Positions 12,660 through 25,605 of a stretch of DNA of 64,000 bases are shown one piece after another. The stretch's first letter is position 1; every line of letters begins with the position of its first letter. A program made the position numbers and the translations under genes. A model generated the notes under the pieces. That model saw only the letters and a program-made list of their open reading frames with translations. It was not told the DNA's origin and made no database searches. Source of the stretch: Octopus sinensis (taxonomy: Eukaryota); NCBI RefSeq assembly GCF_006345805.1, contig NC_043000.1, positions 62,620,001 to 62,684,000 of the forward strand. Reading direction: 5' to 3'.

Positions 12660-12995
12660 TCTATACATATAAAGCTGAAGTTGTGTGTGTGTGTGTGTGT
12701 GTGTGTGGCAGGTTTGGTAGCTTTCAACTAACACTATCTCCTCTGAGACCCTGCGGCGCAAGTTGACCAAAATTGAGAGTATGATAGAAGGCTTGCTCTC
12801 CATTCCGTAGAAGAAAAAATTCAAATCGGATCATGTTAACACCAAAAATTATTTACATCAAAAAGGCGCTTTTTTCTATGAAAATCCCAATATTTTACTG
12901 CTGTGTCGCCATTTTTCGGTGTATTTCAACCAGAAAAATGTTCACTTAAAGAGAATAACAAGCTACATAATGCAAATTTTTTACTTTTCAAAAAA
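12660..12995 (+). mobile_element. Non-autonomous Helitron-like 5' fragment
   Basis: A|TCTATACATATAAAG followed by (TG)n, same architecture as the 5' end of 21009-21393; no 3' CTAG end found. Confidence 0.45.
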
Positions 12996-13069
12996 GATTG
13001 AAACTATGTCAAAACTTTGTTAACACGACATCAAAGTCTGCCGTTTTAAGCTCAACTAAAAAACAAACG

Positions 13070-13540
13070 TAGTAAAGATTGCATCAAAAAGATTAACATT
13101 CCTCTTCGGATCCAGAAACTATTTCGTCCTCCAAAGACTGCTAGATTTTTACAAAGCTCTGGTGAACACCATAATGAACTATTCTTTCAAGGTGCAGCTT
13201 CTACACATACAGATATCTTAGATAAAATCCAGAGAATGGTCGTCCAACTGTTTGGTTTTAAGTCATTTACAAAGTACAACCTCTGGGTTACATATGTGAA
13301 ATGTCTCCTCTCTGTGTTTTCTTGCACGACAACACTGGCCTCTGCTCCCTTGAGCTAGCTAGACCCGTGTCACCCCCACTCAAGTACTCCTAACTCGTTC
13401 CTCTTTCTTCTTCATCCATATTGTGTGCACCCACCTTCCTGTCATTCCTTCGCAGACCGTCAAATCTCTGGGATTTATTCCTTGCGCATTTTTCCGGAAA
13501 CGGTCTTCTTGCAACTGTTCTCGATGGACATTAACCGCGT
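13070..13540 (+). mobile_element. Highly decayed LINE ORF2 C-terminal remnant (Jockey/I-like)
   Basis: Manual translation: LLDFYKALV.TIMNY, GAASTHTDILDKIQRMVVQLFG. Confidence 0.5.
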
Positions 13541-14140
13541 CGTCGATCTCGTTAAGCTTGGAGAGACAGCAAAGTCCATAGAAACAATCTCTACCTCCAA
13601 CCATCAAAAGCCATTCTGAACAAATTTTTAAAAACATTCTCAGAAAGATAAAAGATACTATAATCTTTGCAATTTTTACCCTGACTAATAAGGATGGAAG
13701 AATAAGCATAGAAAGGAGAGTGAACCCAGTGCGTCGGTAAGCTAATTTTTGTACCGTGTGGTTGAGTGAAGGTTTCACTATCAGTTGTATTACCTCTTTA
13801 AAAATATTCACTAAAAACAATTGGGTTGTACCTGCTCTATTCCGAATATGAATTGGAGTGCAGAAAACAGGAACAACTGATGTCATTTTATATTTGTTCT
13901 GACAAATGAGGTAACATTTAATCAATAAACTCTTTTATCCTTCCAGTTCCTTGGCATTACTCTTTAATTCTTTCCCATTCAAAAGTGCTCAATCATTCAA
14001 CAAATGTAAAAATTAATGGGGGAGTTTGTGCTCCATCTTACTCGTTCCTTTAACGTAGGTTTAATTCAATGACAATATAGAATATGCAATTAGAAAAAAT
14101 GTATATGGTAACAACAGGATCTGCAACATAGCTGAATTAA

Positions 14141-15007
14141 TACGAGGTCTGCACAATAAGTGTCCAGGCTGTTGCCATAGTAACGAAGCTAAAGCACGCA
14201 GAGTGAAGCTGCTTGATACATATTTACCTTGAACTCTGGTGTGCATGCGCACTAAGTTTAAACGTACTAGCTTATTTCCGCTGTTTACAGCAGTGCTTCG
14301 AAGGAAGGTGTGTAGCGTGATATCGTCGCATTGATCATGACAGAGAAAGTTGTCATGGCGATACCTGCTCAGAGGCCTACCCAAAGCTGCAGAAAGTGTA
14401 TGGAAAGGAGTATATGAGGTTCACACAAGTGAACGAATGGTTCAGACGTTTCCAAGATGTCCGAAAAAATGTCGATATTGACGAACGTTCTGGGAGACCT
14501 GCAACCAGAAGAAATGAGAAAAATATCGCCGATGTGCGTGCAGCTGTGAAAGGAAATCTTCGAATTATCATCCGTGAGTTATCAGACGATGTGCAGATTA
14601 GTTACGGTTCAGTTCAGTCCATTATCACTGGAGATTTGGATATGAGACGCGTGTCTGCCAAGTTTGTGCCAAAACTGCTTTCAGCTGACCAAAAAGACAC
14701 ATGGCTTTCAGTTACACAATATCTCTTTGATTGTGTCGAGAACGGTAAAACTTTTTCAATTCTTTGCATAGCCCTCTGAGCAGGTATCACCAAGCTTTTG
14801 GTAAAATTTGATGCAGATTCTCTGCTCAACTTTCTCTGAAATAGTCAATGCTACACACCTTCCTTCGAAACACTGCTGTAAACAGCGAAATGTTAAAATT
14901 TGGTGTGCATGCATAGCAGAGTTCAAATCAATCAAGCCAATTTATTTCGCGTGCTTTAGCTTCGTTACTATGGCAACAGTCCAGGTACTTATCGATCAAA
15001 CCACGTA
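14141..15007 (+). mobile_element. Internally deleted mariner with ~75-bp TIRs
   Basis: TACG..CTGTTGCCATAGTAACGAAGCTAAAGCACGC inverted at both ends; ORF 14396-14779 is mariner HTH (EWFRRF, RSGRP, VSAKFVPKLL); no DDD domain. Confidence 0.9.
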
Positions 15008-15739
15008 CTTAGTAGGGTGTTAAGTTCAAATGCCGCCGAGATCGATTTTACCCTTCATCTTTCGGCGTCGATAAAATAAGTACAATTGTGCACTGGGGTC
15101 GATGTAATCGATTTATTCCCCTTCCCCCGAAATTGCTGGCTTTATGCCAAAATTTGAAACCAATACTTAGTTCGGTGTTTGCAACCTGACAGTTACCATT
15201 ACAACTTTATAATCAGTTCTTTAAATGATTGCTTCTGTAATCAAGAACAACGGGATCCTAGGAAAACAATGTTTCAATTAAGGGATCATTCATGCAATGC
15301 ATTTCCCTAGATAACGAACTTACAGAAGATACACGTTTCTTGACATTACTTCAAAAAGGTTTACTTCTGTAAGTTTGAGAAAACATTTCAGCTAGTTCAA
15401 ACTATCTCAAAGAAAATGGTTTTTATTTCATGTTACAAAAAGAAGTCGAAGACATAATGAAATGACATCAAGTAAAAATGCAATGGAAATGGTCATTTAT
15501 ATCATTTTGATTTTGAAAGTTCTTCGGGTGCTTTCTAGTTCTTGTTATAATTTCTTTTATGAGTATGCATAAAATGGAAGTCATTCAGAAAGGCAACGGT
15601 TTTTTGGTATATTTGGTGTATAGCCATAGCCAGTCGTCATTCGCAAACAAGTATTACTTTATATATTATGTACTATGCTTTTTTTAATTGCTTTAGGTGC
15701 CTAAGTATTGGTGAGTAGACATAGACACCCTCTCGGGCC

Positions 15740-15955
15740 TCTTAACCTTGATCCAGCAGAACATCTAGGACATGACAATTGAAATGAGTGATGGCTACAC
15801 CAGCACACGGTTGCAACACATTTGCAGCTAATCTGACTGGAGCAACATGAAGTAAAATCCCTTGATCAAGTATACAAATGCGACACCAGGTCGAGGAATC
15901 AAACCCACGACTTTTGATTTTGAGCAAAACAACCTCACCATTAGGACATGCACCT
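15740..15955 (-). mobile_element. Old tRNA-derived SINE (CORE/V-like central motif)
   Basis: Minus strand B-box GGTTTGATTCC then CTTGATCAAGG...GTTGCTCCAGTC. Confidence 0.5.
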
Positions 15956-16751
15956 TCACTAAAAGAAGCATGCTATAGCTCATAATAAGAGGTCATATAC
16001 AGAAATTGAGTTTGAATAGGGATCCGAGTATGCAACAATTTCGAAACAGAACTGCATTGATAGAAAAAGCAGAGATATTATACATAGTATGATTTCACAC
16101 TAATGTGAAAATGAGTTCTCCCTATTTTAACAATTGCATCAATTTTTTTTTCTTCTTCCATACCTCTCATACTGATCAACTTCATGTTTTTGAAAAATTT
16201 TGATTTCGTTTCACTATTTTTGCAAGGCAATCGATTAAACCAAACTTACCACTAACTAAGCTAATATATATTTCTTTGCTAAAAAGTTATACCTGATGGA
16301 ATTTGAAATCAAAGCATTGAAAATCAGAATTGATTTCATAAAGTATAAGTTTGATGTTGTGCCGTCTCAGTCAATTTTGTCGCCTTAAATCAGCCCAGGC
16401 TAAATATTAGCGGCACTAATCACCCACCCACCCCCAAGCATACCATCTGTGCAGGCCAAGTAGATCCTATACATCTGATCTTAAATTAATTCCGCAATGA
16501 TTGACCGACCAAGCAGGATTCGATTAACAACGGAGAATAAACGGCAAGTTTGAACACAATCAATCTAAATTTCAACTCACTCGCGGGCAAATGACTGCTG
16601 AGAGAACGCAAATCGTCTAGAACAACCATTTCTCAAACAATAAATATGGGTAGGTAACTGTACTGCAATACAGACTATAACATTTTGAAGACTATCGAAG
16701 TAAATTAGGCACGACATCTTGTAGATTTGTACTAGGTTAGAGTTATTCTAA

Positions 16752-16962
16752 ATATTGATTTCAAATTGTGGCACAAGGCCAGCAATTTCTGGGAAGGGCA
16801 TGAGTTGACCCCAGTGTTCAACTGGTACTTATTTTATCAGCCCCGAAAGAATGAAAAGTAAAATCGACCTCAGAGGAATTTGAATTCAGTACGTAAAGAC
16901 GGACGAAATGCCGCTAAGCATTTTGACCGGCATGCTAACGATACTATCAGTTCGTTGCCTTA
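16752..16962 (-). mobile_element. SINE family A
   Basis: Full copy; GTTATTCTAAATATT occurs on both sides (TSD-like). Confidence 0.85.
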
Positions 16963-18159
16963 GTTATTCTAAATATTAATATATTTCCACTAAACGCAAT
17001 GAAATTATTGCAGAGAAGAGTAATAGTAAGCAGTTTTGCTGGTAATAATTTAATCGTCACCGGAGAGAAAATAAAATTGAGTTGTTGCATTTGAACCGAC
17101 AACGAAGAAATACAGTAAATCAACAAACCTGTAATTGTATCAAATCAAGTTTCTTGTAAAACTCAAGAACTTTCTAAACTGTCTATAATCACAGTAGAAT
17201 ACTTTAGATACTTCATTCTTACTGCGTTTCTATGAAAAATAAGTGTTAAAGGACAGATGAAGTGTTGGTTTCTTAAATATGTGAAGTGATATATTGTGGC
17301 GTTCATGCCTTGTCTAGAAATATGAAAAATATGGCTATTAACATGGAACTGAAAGTATGAGGATTACGGCACTCACCAGAAATGCCTAAAATGTTCATAT
17401 TTCAAGAGAAATACAGGTAATTTTGTTCCCACTATGGCATATTCACATAACTAAAGTAATGTGAAATGGCTTCAGCTGGGAAACAAAATCTTATAACGGA
17501 CCATATTTGTGTAAATTTCTTTATTGTTCAGCTTTGGGCAGGCCTGATTGAGCAGGTGTACGATAAATTCCTGTTGTGACATCATGTATTGTATTTGGAT
17601 ATAGTGTACATATGGCTACACTATTCAGCATGCACCTCTTTACTTTTTTTAAGATAATAGGCTTCTAAATTAAGCGGAGATTTGGTTGTTGTTTCTAGCC
17701 GATTACTTGAACACGTTCCCATATTTTATGAAGACAAAATGCAATACTACTGTAATCTTGTAGGTAATAATTCTTTAAGCGAGCACTAAATTCTTTTTTA
17801 TACCTATATATTGTTAATCAAATCGAATCTGGTGCTGTATCGGAATTTATTTCATTAGCTAGAGCAGTATACTTTGTAAAGCATAGAGATTAGAGCTTTA
17901 CTATTTGTAATAATTTGCTGTTCTATACTTCATAAAACATTTACTTTAATGCTCTACTGTTTCTGACAGTTTATTACTCTCTACTTCACAATACATTTAT
18001 TTTAAGGCTTTTTTTAACTATTCACCGATCTGTACTTTGTATTGTAAGACATTTAACTTAGAGCTATACTTAGGCGTGGCTGTGAGAGACCTTGACCAAG
18101 TGTCTTCTGCAATATCCCTGGGCCGACCAAAACTTTGCCAGTGGATTTGTTAGACAGAA

Positions 18160-18830
18160 CAATATATCAGGAGTCAGTTTCAAAATTTGGAAACCCATTC
18201 TCTCAATACGTAAAAGAAAACTGGAAAAGATTTTTGGACGACTGGAATGAAAACAGATAAACTCCTGGAGTTCAAAAGACTCCTTAATAGCATTAACACA
18301 ACCATACAATTTACAATGGAATCTCTTCCCCACAATATCGCCAGATATATCTCAGTGAACACATTGACAGATGTGCAGAACAACTGCAACCACAATTCTT
18401 AATCTTCCCATTATACTATTTTGCTATTTGGACCTCAACGAAAGTGCGACTAAATAAAGAGGCCTCATTTATCGAAAAATATAAACCAGAACTAAATATA
18501 AACCCATATTGAAAATTGTAGATTTACCCTTTTTATTGAAAAATATAAGCCAGAGCCAAATGTTAATCACGACTGAAAATTACAGATTTACTTCCCCTCT
18601 ACTGAAAAATACCTTGGTTACTAATTATCACCCCCAAGAAAACAAACTTTTTCATTCCGAATTCCATCTGACGCTCAAAATTTGAAAAGCGTTAGCGAAA
18701 CCTGTTATTAAGTTAGAGTGAAAATATCTTATCGTGTATAATATTGTATAATACTTTTGCTATGACGATTCTAATATATTCTTTAGTCTTGCAAAACAAA
18801 TCTTGTGGTTTGTCATCTTACTTCTTTCCT
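18160..18830 (+). mobile_element. Penelope-like element remnant: RT and GIY-YIG C-terminal pieces plus 3' non-coding part
   Basis: Manual translation: YVKENWKRFLDD, LLNSINTTIQFTME, LSEHIDRCA..FLIFP..RLNKEASFIEKYKPELN* (stop ~18512); ends in (TA)n. Confidence 0.8.
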
Positions 18831-18854
18831 TATATATATATAATAACAAATTAA

Positions 18855-19092
18855 TAAATAAAACATATGCATATATACATACATATATGTACGTACCTAC
18901 ATCTATATGTATATATACATGCATATATGGGTACAGGACACCAAAAAAACGTCGAAAACAATGAGAAACGAAAACATAAACACAAAACCAAGGAAATGGA
19001 CATTTTTCTTAAACAACGAAAAAATAGAGTACAAGACATACAACACAAGGAAAATTCTCCTTCTTCAGTCGCCTCTGTTTCATCTACTCCGC

Positions 19093-19093
<1 letters not shown>
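18855..19093 (-). repeat. pLTR-like repeat family E, copy 1
   Basis: GCATATATGGGTACAGGAC ... CTTCTTCAG ... CTACTCC shared with 25720-26330 and 27760-28060; (TA)n flanks. Confidence 0.65.
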
Positions 19094-19162
<69 letters not shown>

Positions 19163-19166
<4 letters not shown>

Positions 19167-20440
19167 GAATGTCCCAGAAAGATTTACCTACCATATTTTT
19201 GTAATTATTCATAATGTATATAAGGGAGAGCAATCAAACATCCTATATTATAAGAACAATATTTTAACAATCAGATTTCACAATGACCCGTTCTTGCTTT
19301 GATCATGGCCTGCAAACGAGTGATGACTGAAGTGTAACAGCACTGCACTTCTTCGTCAAATTTACGCCACACAGTAAGGTCTACTTTCAGATCCGCCACA
19401 TCTGAATATGAAATAGCTGTGATATCACTCTCTAAAACGGACCAAACAGAAAAGTCCATTGAATTGATGTCTGGGCTTGAAGGAGGCCAAATTTCTTGTC
19501 CCAAAAGCTGCAAATTTTCTCTCTGCGTCATTTATGCGTAAGATTCTAGGTGTGGGCTGGGGCACAGTCCCGAGTGAAGACATACCTATTTCCAAATGTT
19601 TCATTTAACCAAAGCAACACTCTTTCTTCCAACATTTTGACGTAAACTGTGCTATTCACATTAACACCTACGTAAATGATGATCAAAGGAGACTTGGATC
19701 CATCAGATGCTACGGTAGCCCACACCATAACCCCAGCTGGTTTCTGGCGACGAAAATGGGTTCGGCTCCCTTCAGGCAAGTCCTGAACATCAGTAGCGTA
19801 CAGCCTGTCGTTCAGCTTGCTCGTTACAGCCTCCACGGTGAAGATCTTCTCATAACTCCAAATGAAGATTTTGTTGTAATGCTGTTCATCTCCGTTAACA
19901 TCATTTTCCCCCTATCGAGCTGTTTTTTTTTATTCGAAGCTGCTGAAATTACTTGTTTGCTTTTTGTATACCTTTAGCCTGGGATCCCACTCTAGCAATC
20001 ATTGCATTGAAGATTTTGAAATATTAAATATTAAGCTCTCTTGTCACTTTTCGCATGTTTCGACGAAGATTCCTGTGAACTCTTTCACTGTGTCGATCAT
20101 AGGTTTGGTGCTGAAGTTCTTTTACGCCCTGGAAATGGCTTGCTTGATGTTATGCCAGATTGATTGTAACGTTTCTAGACATTATACACCGTCTTACAAC
20201 ACACATTGAGCTGTTTTGCAATATCATTGTTAGATTTCCTTGCTGATTTTAATGCAACAATTTGATCCCCTTTAATTCCGGAAGCCATATTTATTGACAA
20301 AACTATTATAGACAAACAAAACTATAAACACTTAAGGCTGAAACACACACGAATCACTGTGCACAATCAATCGCTGTGCTTCATCCAATAAATTTCAAGA
20401 ATTTTTTAAATCATCGATAAATACTTTCTGTGACATCCGG

Positions 20441-20442
<2 letters not shown>
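19163..20442 (-). mobile_element. Near full-length decayed DD37D (maT-like) Tc1/mariner transposon
   Basis: TIRs TACCGAATGTCCCAGAAAG / TACCGGATGTCACAGAAAG within (TA)n; GVMVWA, FTRDCAPAH, WPPSSPDINSMD; 37 codons between last two D after repairing one frameshift. Confidence 0.88.
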
Positions 20443-20477
<35 letters not shown>

Positions 20478-20540
20478 ATTATGGAGATGTACTTGCATAG
20501 CAAGTGACCTGATCTGAAATCGTGTGCTGAACCAAAATCA

Positions 20541-20764
20541 ATTGCTGCGTGGAAGGTGTTTATAAGCCATTTAAAACATACAAAAACTGTTAGATTCACT
20601 TCAACATTTAAATTTAATTTGCCAAAATTCCGTGCTGCATTTTGTCAGTGAACAGGTTGCGGTCTGAAAGCGACGAAAATATTTTAGCAAACTAAATTTA
20701 AATGTTGAATCTAACGGTTTTTGTGTGTTTTTAAATGGCTTATAAACACCTTCCACGCTGCAAT
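20541..20764. repeat. Foldback (inverted) pLTR-like repeat, ~80-bp arms
   Basis: 20541-20620 is the reverse complement of 20688-20764. Confidence 0.85.
20641..20691 (+). ncRNA. Minimal type I hammerhead ribozyme motif, G3-C8 core variant
   Basis: tttgtca-GTGAACA-g-gttgc(ggtctgaaa)gcgac-GAAA-atat-TT-tagcaaa. Confidence 0.65.
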
Positions 20765-21008
20765 ATACTAATCGCTTCATGCATCCGAGACGCGGGTCTA
20801 GGCAGGTTTTTATAACATGCCATGTGTCTCCAAGCAATATTTAGGTTCTAAGCACATGGTCTACTCTCATCTCCATTGAATTACACTACTACTAGCTTTT
20901 CTTTAAAAGCATTTGCTCACGCTTTTGATTTCACTTCTGGTTCTCGTTTTAAACTCCATGCAAGCGAAGTCATGAAATTGCGTTGCTGTTTAAGCTGTTA
21001 TAAATTAA

Positions 21009-21393
21009 CTAGAAGTATCGCACGGCGTTGCTCGGGCTTGTAAGGGAAATAACTATAAAGCATTTTTAGAGAGTTATAGCCAAAAAATAGCAAAAAAATG
21101 GGTAAAAAAATGATGGTAAATTTTTTTTGATAGTTAAAAAGGTCGAGTTGCGTCCCCTAGACCATCTGTGGTTTGTGTTTCTGATTGTCGAACCCATGTC
21201 GAATTTATCGATCTTTTTCAGAACTGGGGGAACTTTTCAAAATTTTCGCTGCGTTAGTTTTGAATTATGACATTGGGCTATGTGTGTGTCAAGTTTCATC
21301 AGAATCGGTTGAAAGCCGTGGTCAGAGTGAGGGTACAACCAAACAGACACACAGAAACACACACAGACAAACTGCCGTTTATATAGAGAGAGA
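21009..21393 (-). mobile_element. Non-autonomous Helitron
   Basis: Minus strand A|TCTCTCTCTATATAAAC ... CCCGAGCAACGCCGTGCG subterminal hairpin ... CTAG|T; no TSD. Confidence 0.8.
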
Positions 21394-22069
21394 TACTTTT
21401 AGATAATACTTTTAATCAATGCGTATTCATTTTGTATGTGCCTGTGCAGATACATACATACACATATACACACTCATACACACACATATACACAGAGAAC
21501 TATATATTCATGTATACATATTCACATACGCATACATACTTATAAGCACACATACACACGCATCCACACATATTATAATATATATCCATAAAATCTATTA
21601 ATTAAACATTTCGAAACCAATTTTGTTTGTTTTTGTTTTTTCTTTGTTTATTTTTTGCTGTTTTTTTTTATTTTTTGTTTTGTTTTTGTTTTGTTTTGTT
21701 TTTCCTTTGAACCAGAACGAAATTCAAGGAGGCTTATATTTGCATAAAAGACACTTAGCCGCGTGCATAGGCCTTCACAACTCAGTAATAGCTTGAACAA
21801 AAGAAGTGAACTGTTAAGTCTTGTTTTTGAACTCCACCACCGCTTGACAACCGATGTCGGTTTGTCCCATAAATTTGCGGTTCGGCAAAAAGCGACCGAT
21901 ATACTAAGTAACAGGCTTAAAAAAGATAAGTACTGAGGTTGATTTGTTCGACTAAACTTTTCAAGGCAATGCTCCAGCATGGCCGCAATCCAATGACCAA
22001 AACAAGTGAAAGATAAAAGATAAACAATCAAGAGTTTATAAAAATAACCACGATAATAAAACGAAAATA

Positions 22070-22470
22070 AAGGTGCTGAGCTGGCAGAATCGTTAGCACG
22101 CCGGGCGAAATGCTTTGCGGTATTTCGTCTGCCGCTATGTTCTGAGTTCAAATTTCGCCGAGGTCGACTTTGCCTTTCATCCTTTCGGGGTCGATTAAAT
22201 AAGTACCAGTTACGCACTGGGATCGATATAATCGACTTAATCCGTTTGTCTGTCCTTGTTTGTCCTCTCTGTGTTTAGCCCTTGTGGGTAGTAAAGAAAT
22301 AGGTATTTCGTCCGTCTGCACGTTGCGAGTTCAAATTCCGCTGAGGTCGACTTTGTCTTTCATCCTTTCGGGGTCGATAAAATAAGTACCAGTTGAGTAC
22401 TGGTGTCGATATAATCGACTAGCCTCTCTCCCAAAATTTCAGGCCTTGTGCCTTTTTTAGAAAGGATATT
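22070..22470 (+). mobile_element. SINE family A dimer with two different tails
   Basis: First unit ends CCCTTGTGGGTAGTAAAGAAATA, second ends GGCCTTGTGCCTTTTTTAGAAAGG. Confidence 0.88.
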
Positions 22471-24254
22471 AAAATGAAAATAAAGTATATACAGTAAAGA
22501 TAATAACGGTATTTGATAGATAGATATATGTAGACTGCTCACAATCCAAGCAACAGCACAACTTTCTTTCTACCTGAAGGGTCCATTAGAGAAAAATGGT
22601 TGTTTTTTTTTCAATTCTTGCGGTCATAGCTTTAAAGATCAACTCTTCTATAAACTCACCTAGAGATTTATTGTTGCTAACCAATACCTATTTCTTTTGT
22701 ATTCTAAATGTGATCCTATGAGTCAGGTCAGTTTAAACGCGAAAGAATATATTAATAATATCGAGCCAAGCGATAGATTTGTAGAATCGTTTGAGTGTTG
22801 GACAAAATGACTTGCGGTATTAATTATTTCTTCTTTACATTCTGAGAACAAATACCACCAATGTCAACTTCGTCTTTCAACCTTTTCTAGTCAATCAAAT
22901 AAAGCCCCAACCATATAGTATCGAGTATACGTATATACCCTGTCCTCAAATGCATGGCTCTTTGCCAGTTTCAAAAATCAATATTATCTAAAAGTTTTAC
23001 GTAGTAGATTTGGATAACCAGCTTAGCGAATTAACGTGATTTCTGAAAATATGCACTCTTGTATCGTACTAAGTAATTATCACTCTTAATATCTAAAACA
23101 CCAAATCACACACAAATCTTTTTGCTTTTGTATTCTTTTTAGATTTTCAATTTCTTTTGTTTTTCCTGAGTTCTGTCATACTCCCACGTTAGAAAGAGAA
23201 ATCAGTGGTTGTGCTGAAAGAAATGAAACAAAGAAGGAGAGTATTATAAAGTAGGTTACATTTATAAATTTATAAAGGTGGAATATTGACAGAGTGGAAG
23301 AGGAAGAGAGGGAAATAAACAGCAGTGAGAGGTTTGTGATATAACAGTAATGCCAGCTAACAGTAAAATACTGTAAGAGATGAAAAAAGAGTGACAAAGG
23401 AAGAGATGGCGTAAGAGAGAAGAGGTGGAAAGATTTGAGAGCTCTGTAATACTTAAAGAGAAAGATTTAAAGTGATAAAGTAACAAACGTATAGACAAAG
23501 AGTAAATATCTAAAAAAAATTATAGAGAACGAGAAAGGAAATTAGAGAGAGTAAAAGAGGAAAAAAGAAATCTAGGCATATGGAAGTGTTTGATGAGGAC
23601 AATAGGAAATATGAAAAGGCAACCAATGTAGATTTGATTAAGAGGAAAATGTGGGGAAAATGTACACAGAAATTGAGAGAAACAGAAAAAAAAACTAATA
23701 AAGCACATGAGTAAGTCCTTAAAAATAATTGTGGAGTGTGGGCAGTAATAAGGAGGATAAAACAACTCAAAGATAAAACGAAACACAAAAGGAAAGTTTT
23801 GAAAAACTACTGGTTTTATTAAGTACTACGTAATTTTGAGTGTGTGTGTGTATGTATGTATGTATGTATATCTATTTGTGGGGGTGTGTACGTGTGAGTG
23901 TGTGTGTGTTTGCTAGAAAGTAGGAAGAGTTTGATAGTGCCCTCGAATTTTGGCTTACTAAAGGTCATCAGAGCGTTAATGGTATATAAACCAAAACTTC
24001 GAAGTCACTATTAAACTTTTCCTTCTGAGCCTTAAAAAATGGCACTCCACTAAAAGCTATTGAGTGATCCTTCGATCTGTTTAACAGCTCATGTGTATAA
24101 AACTTCACATAAAAACAAACACCTGTATACACACACAGTTACACACATAAATACATACAAGTGTATGTGTGTTCTTTTGCTGGACCGCTAAGTTTCACAG
24201 ACATAAACACACCAACACCTTTATACAAATACATATACATACATTTATATATAT

Positions 24255-24288
<34 letters not shown>

Positions 24289-24381
24289 AATATTATTAGA
24301 GACAAAACCACTATTTTGCAAAACAAACAAGGAAAGACTTAATCAATACATAAAATTTTAATAAATAGTCAAAAAAAACCG

Positions 24382-24424
24382 CCACTACAATTGTTTCTTG
24401 TCTTGATCGACAATCTTCAGGTGG
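24382..24424 (-). ncRNA. Minimal type I hammerhead ribozyme (C3-G8)
   Basis: Reverse complement identical to 25384-25426. Confidence 0.85.
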
Positions 24425-25383
24425 ACTTCCAATTTCAAAAACGGGAACCTGCATGCCATGTTGGTGTTGGTAATTGAGTGAAACAGGTCAGTCTTGTGTA
24501 GAAACACATTAGTTTAAAACAGAGGCCATACGAGAAAGAAACCATCTGTTGACACTTACGCTTGGCATTATGCTTCCTTTTTCCCCTTTAGGTCATCTTA
24601 CACATCATCTAAGTCGTCTGGTAATAGTCCTTGACTTAAATGTTGGAGTAGATTTCTGCGAGACAAAGGAAAGACTATGTTCAACTGAACTCCGACAGAA
24701 AAATATTGCATTGAATCAAGTTATTCTAAAGTGTCTGCGTATATATATATAAGCCAATTTCGAATCGTTGTTGTAGAATTAATTAGTGTTTTTGTTTTAC
24801 AAAATACACAAAATGTATACCACAAATAGAGAACTGTATGGCAGATAGGTTAGCAGGTGATGTGTATGTGTACACGAACACATAAATGCTTATTCGATAT
24901 ATGTCCGTGTTGTTTCTTAGCTTTAAGACGTCTTGCGAGAGTCTTCGTTTTTAAATAAAACACATCATAATTACGGAATACTTTGGCTTAGATTCTTTTT
25001 CAAACAGACGGGTGCCTATATATATATATATATATATATATCAGGGGCGACTCCAGGTCATCAGCGTCTCTCGGACTCATCACAGATTTCGCATAAGACA
25101 CATGCCTGCTCGAAGAATTTCTGGTTTTTCCGCTCTATTTCTGGCTCCAAATGGCTTATTTTTTATATCTAGCTCTATGCTAAGGGTAAAAATAAAGCAA
25201 AACCTGCAAAACACAGCTGATCTTTACACAACAGAATAACAGCAATCGAATAGTGACATCGGAATGCACAACAACCATCAGCGATCTGGCTAGCCAGATC
25301 GCTGATGGTTGTTGTGCATTCCGATGTCACTCAATTACCAACACCAACATGGCATGCAGGTTCCCGTTTTTGAAATTGGAAGT

Positions 25384-25426
25384 CCACCTGAAGATTGTCG
25401 ATCAAGACAAGAAACAATTGTAGTGG
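25384..25426 (+). ncRNA. Minimal type I hammerhead ribozyme (C3-G8)
   Basis: ccac-CTGAAGA-ttgtc(gatcaa)gacaa-GAAA-caattg-TA-gtgg; predicted cut after A25422. Confidence 0.85.
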
Positions 25427-25605
25427 CGGTTTTTTTGACTATTTATTAAAATTTTATGTATTGATTAAGTCTTTCCTCGTTTGTTTTGCAAAATAGTGGT
25501 TTTGTCTCTAATAATATTTTATAATATTTTACTATAAAATTGGATTTAATCCTAAATCTGATTTTTTCCCTGTAAATTTAGATTTATTCCCTAATATTTA
25601 TTATT

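Noticed and set aside
13380-13925. 181-aa minus-strand ORF
   Set aside because: No recognisable motif; partly antisense to a LINE remnant
21648-22217. 189-aa ORF and similar MRNWYLFNRPRK ORFs
   Set aside because: Read-through of SINE and low-complexity sequence
23935-23990. Minus-strand CTGATGA...GCCAAAATTCGA
   Set aside because: GAAA absent and stems do not pair convincingly
25050-25095. Minus-strand TGATGAGTCCGAGAGAC resembling a textbook hammerhead stem II or a C/D box pair
   Set aside because: No following GAAA; C and D boxes too close for a snoRNA
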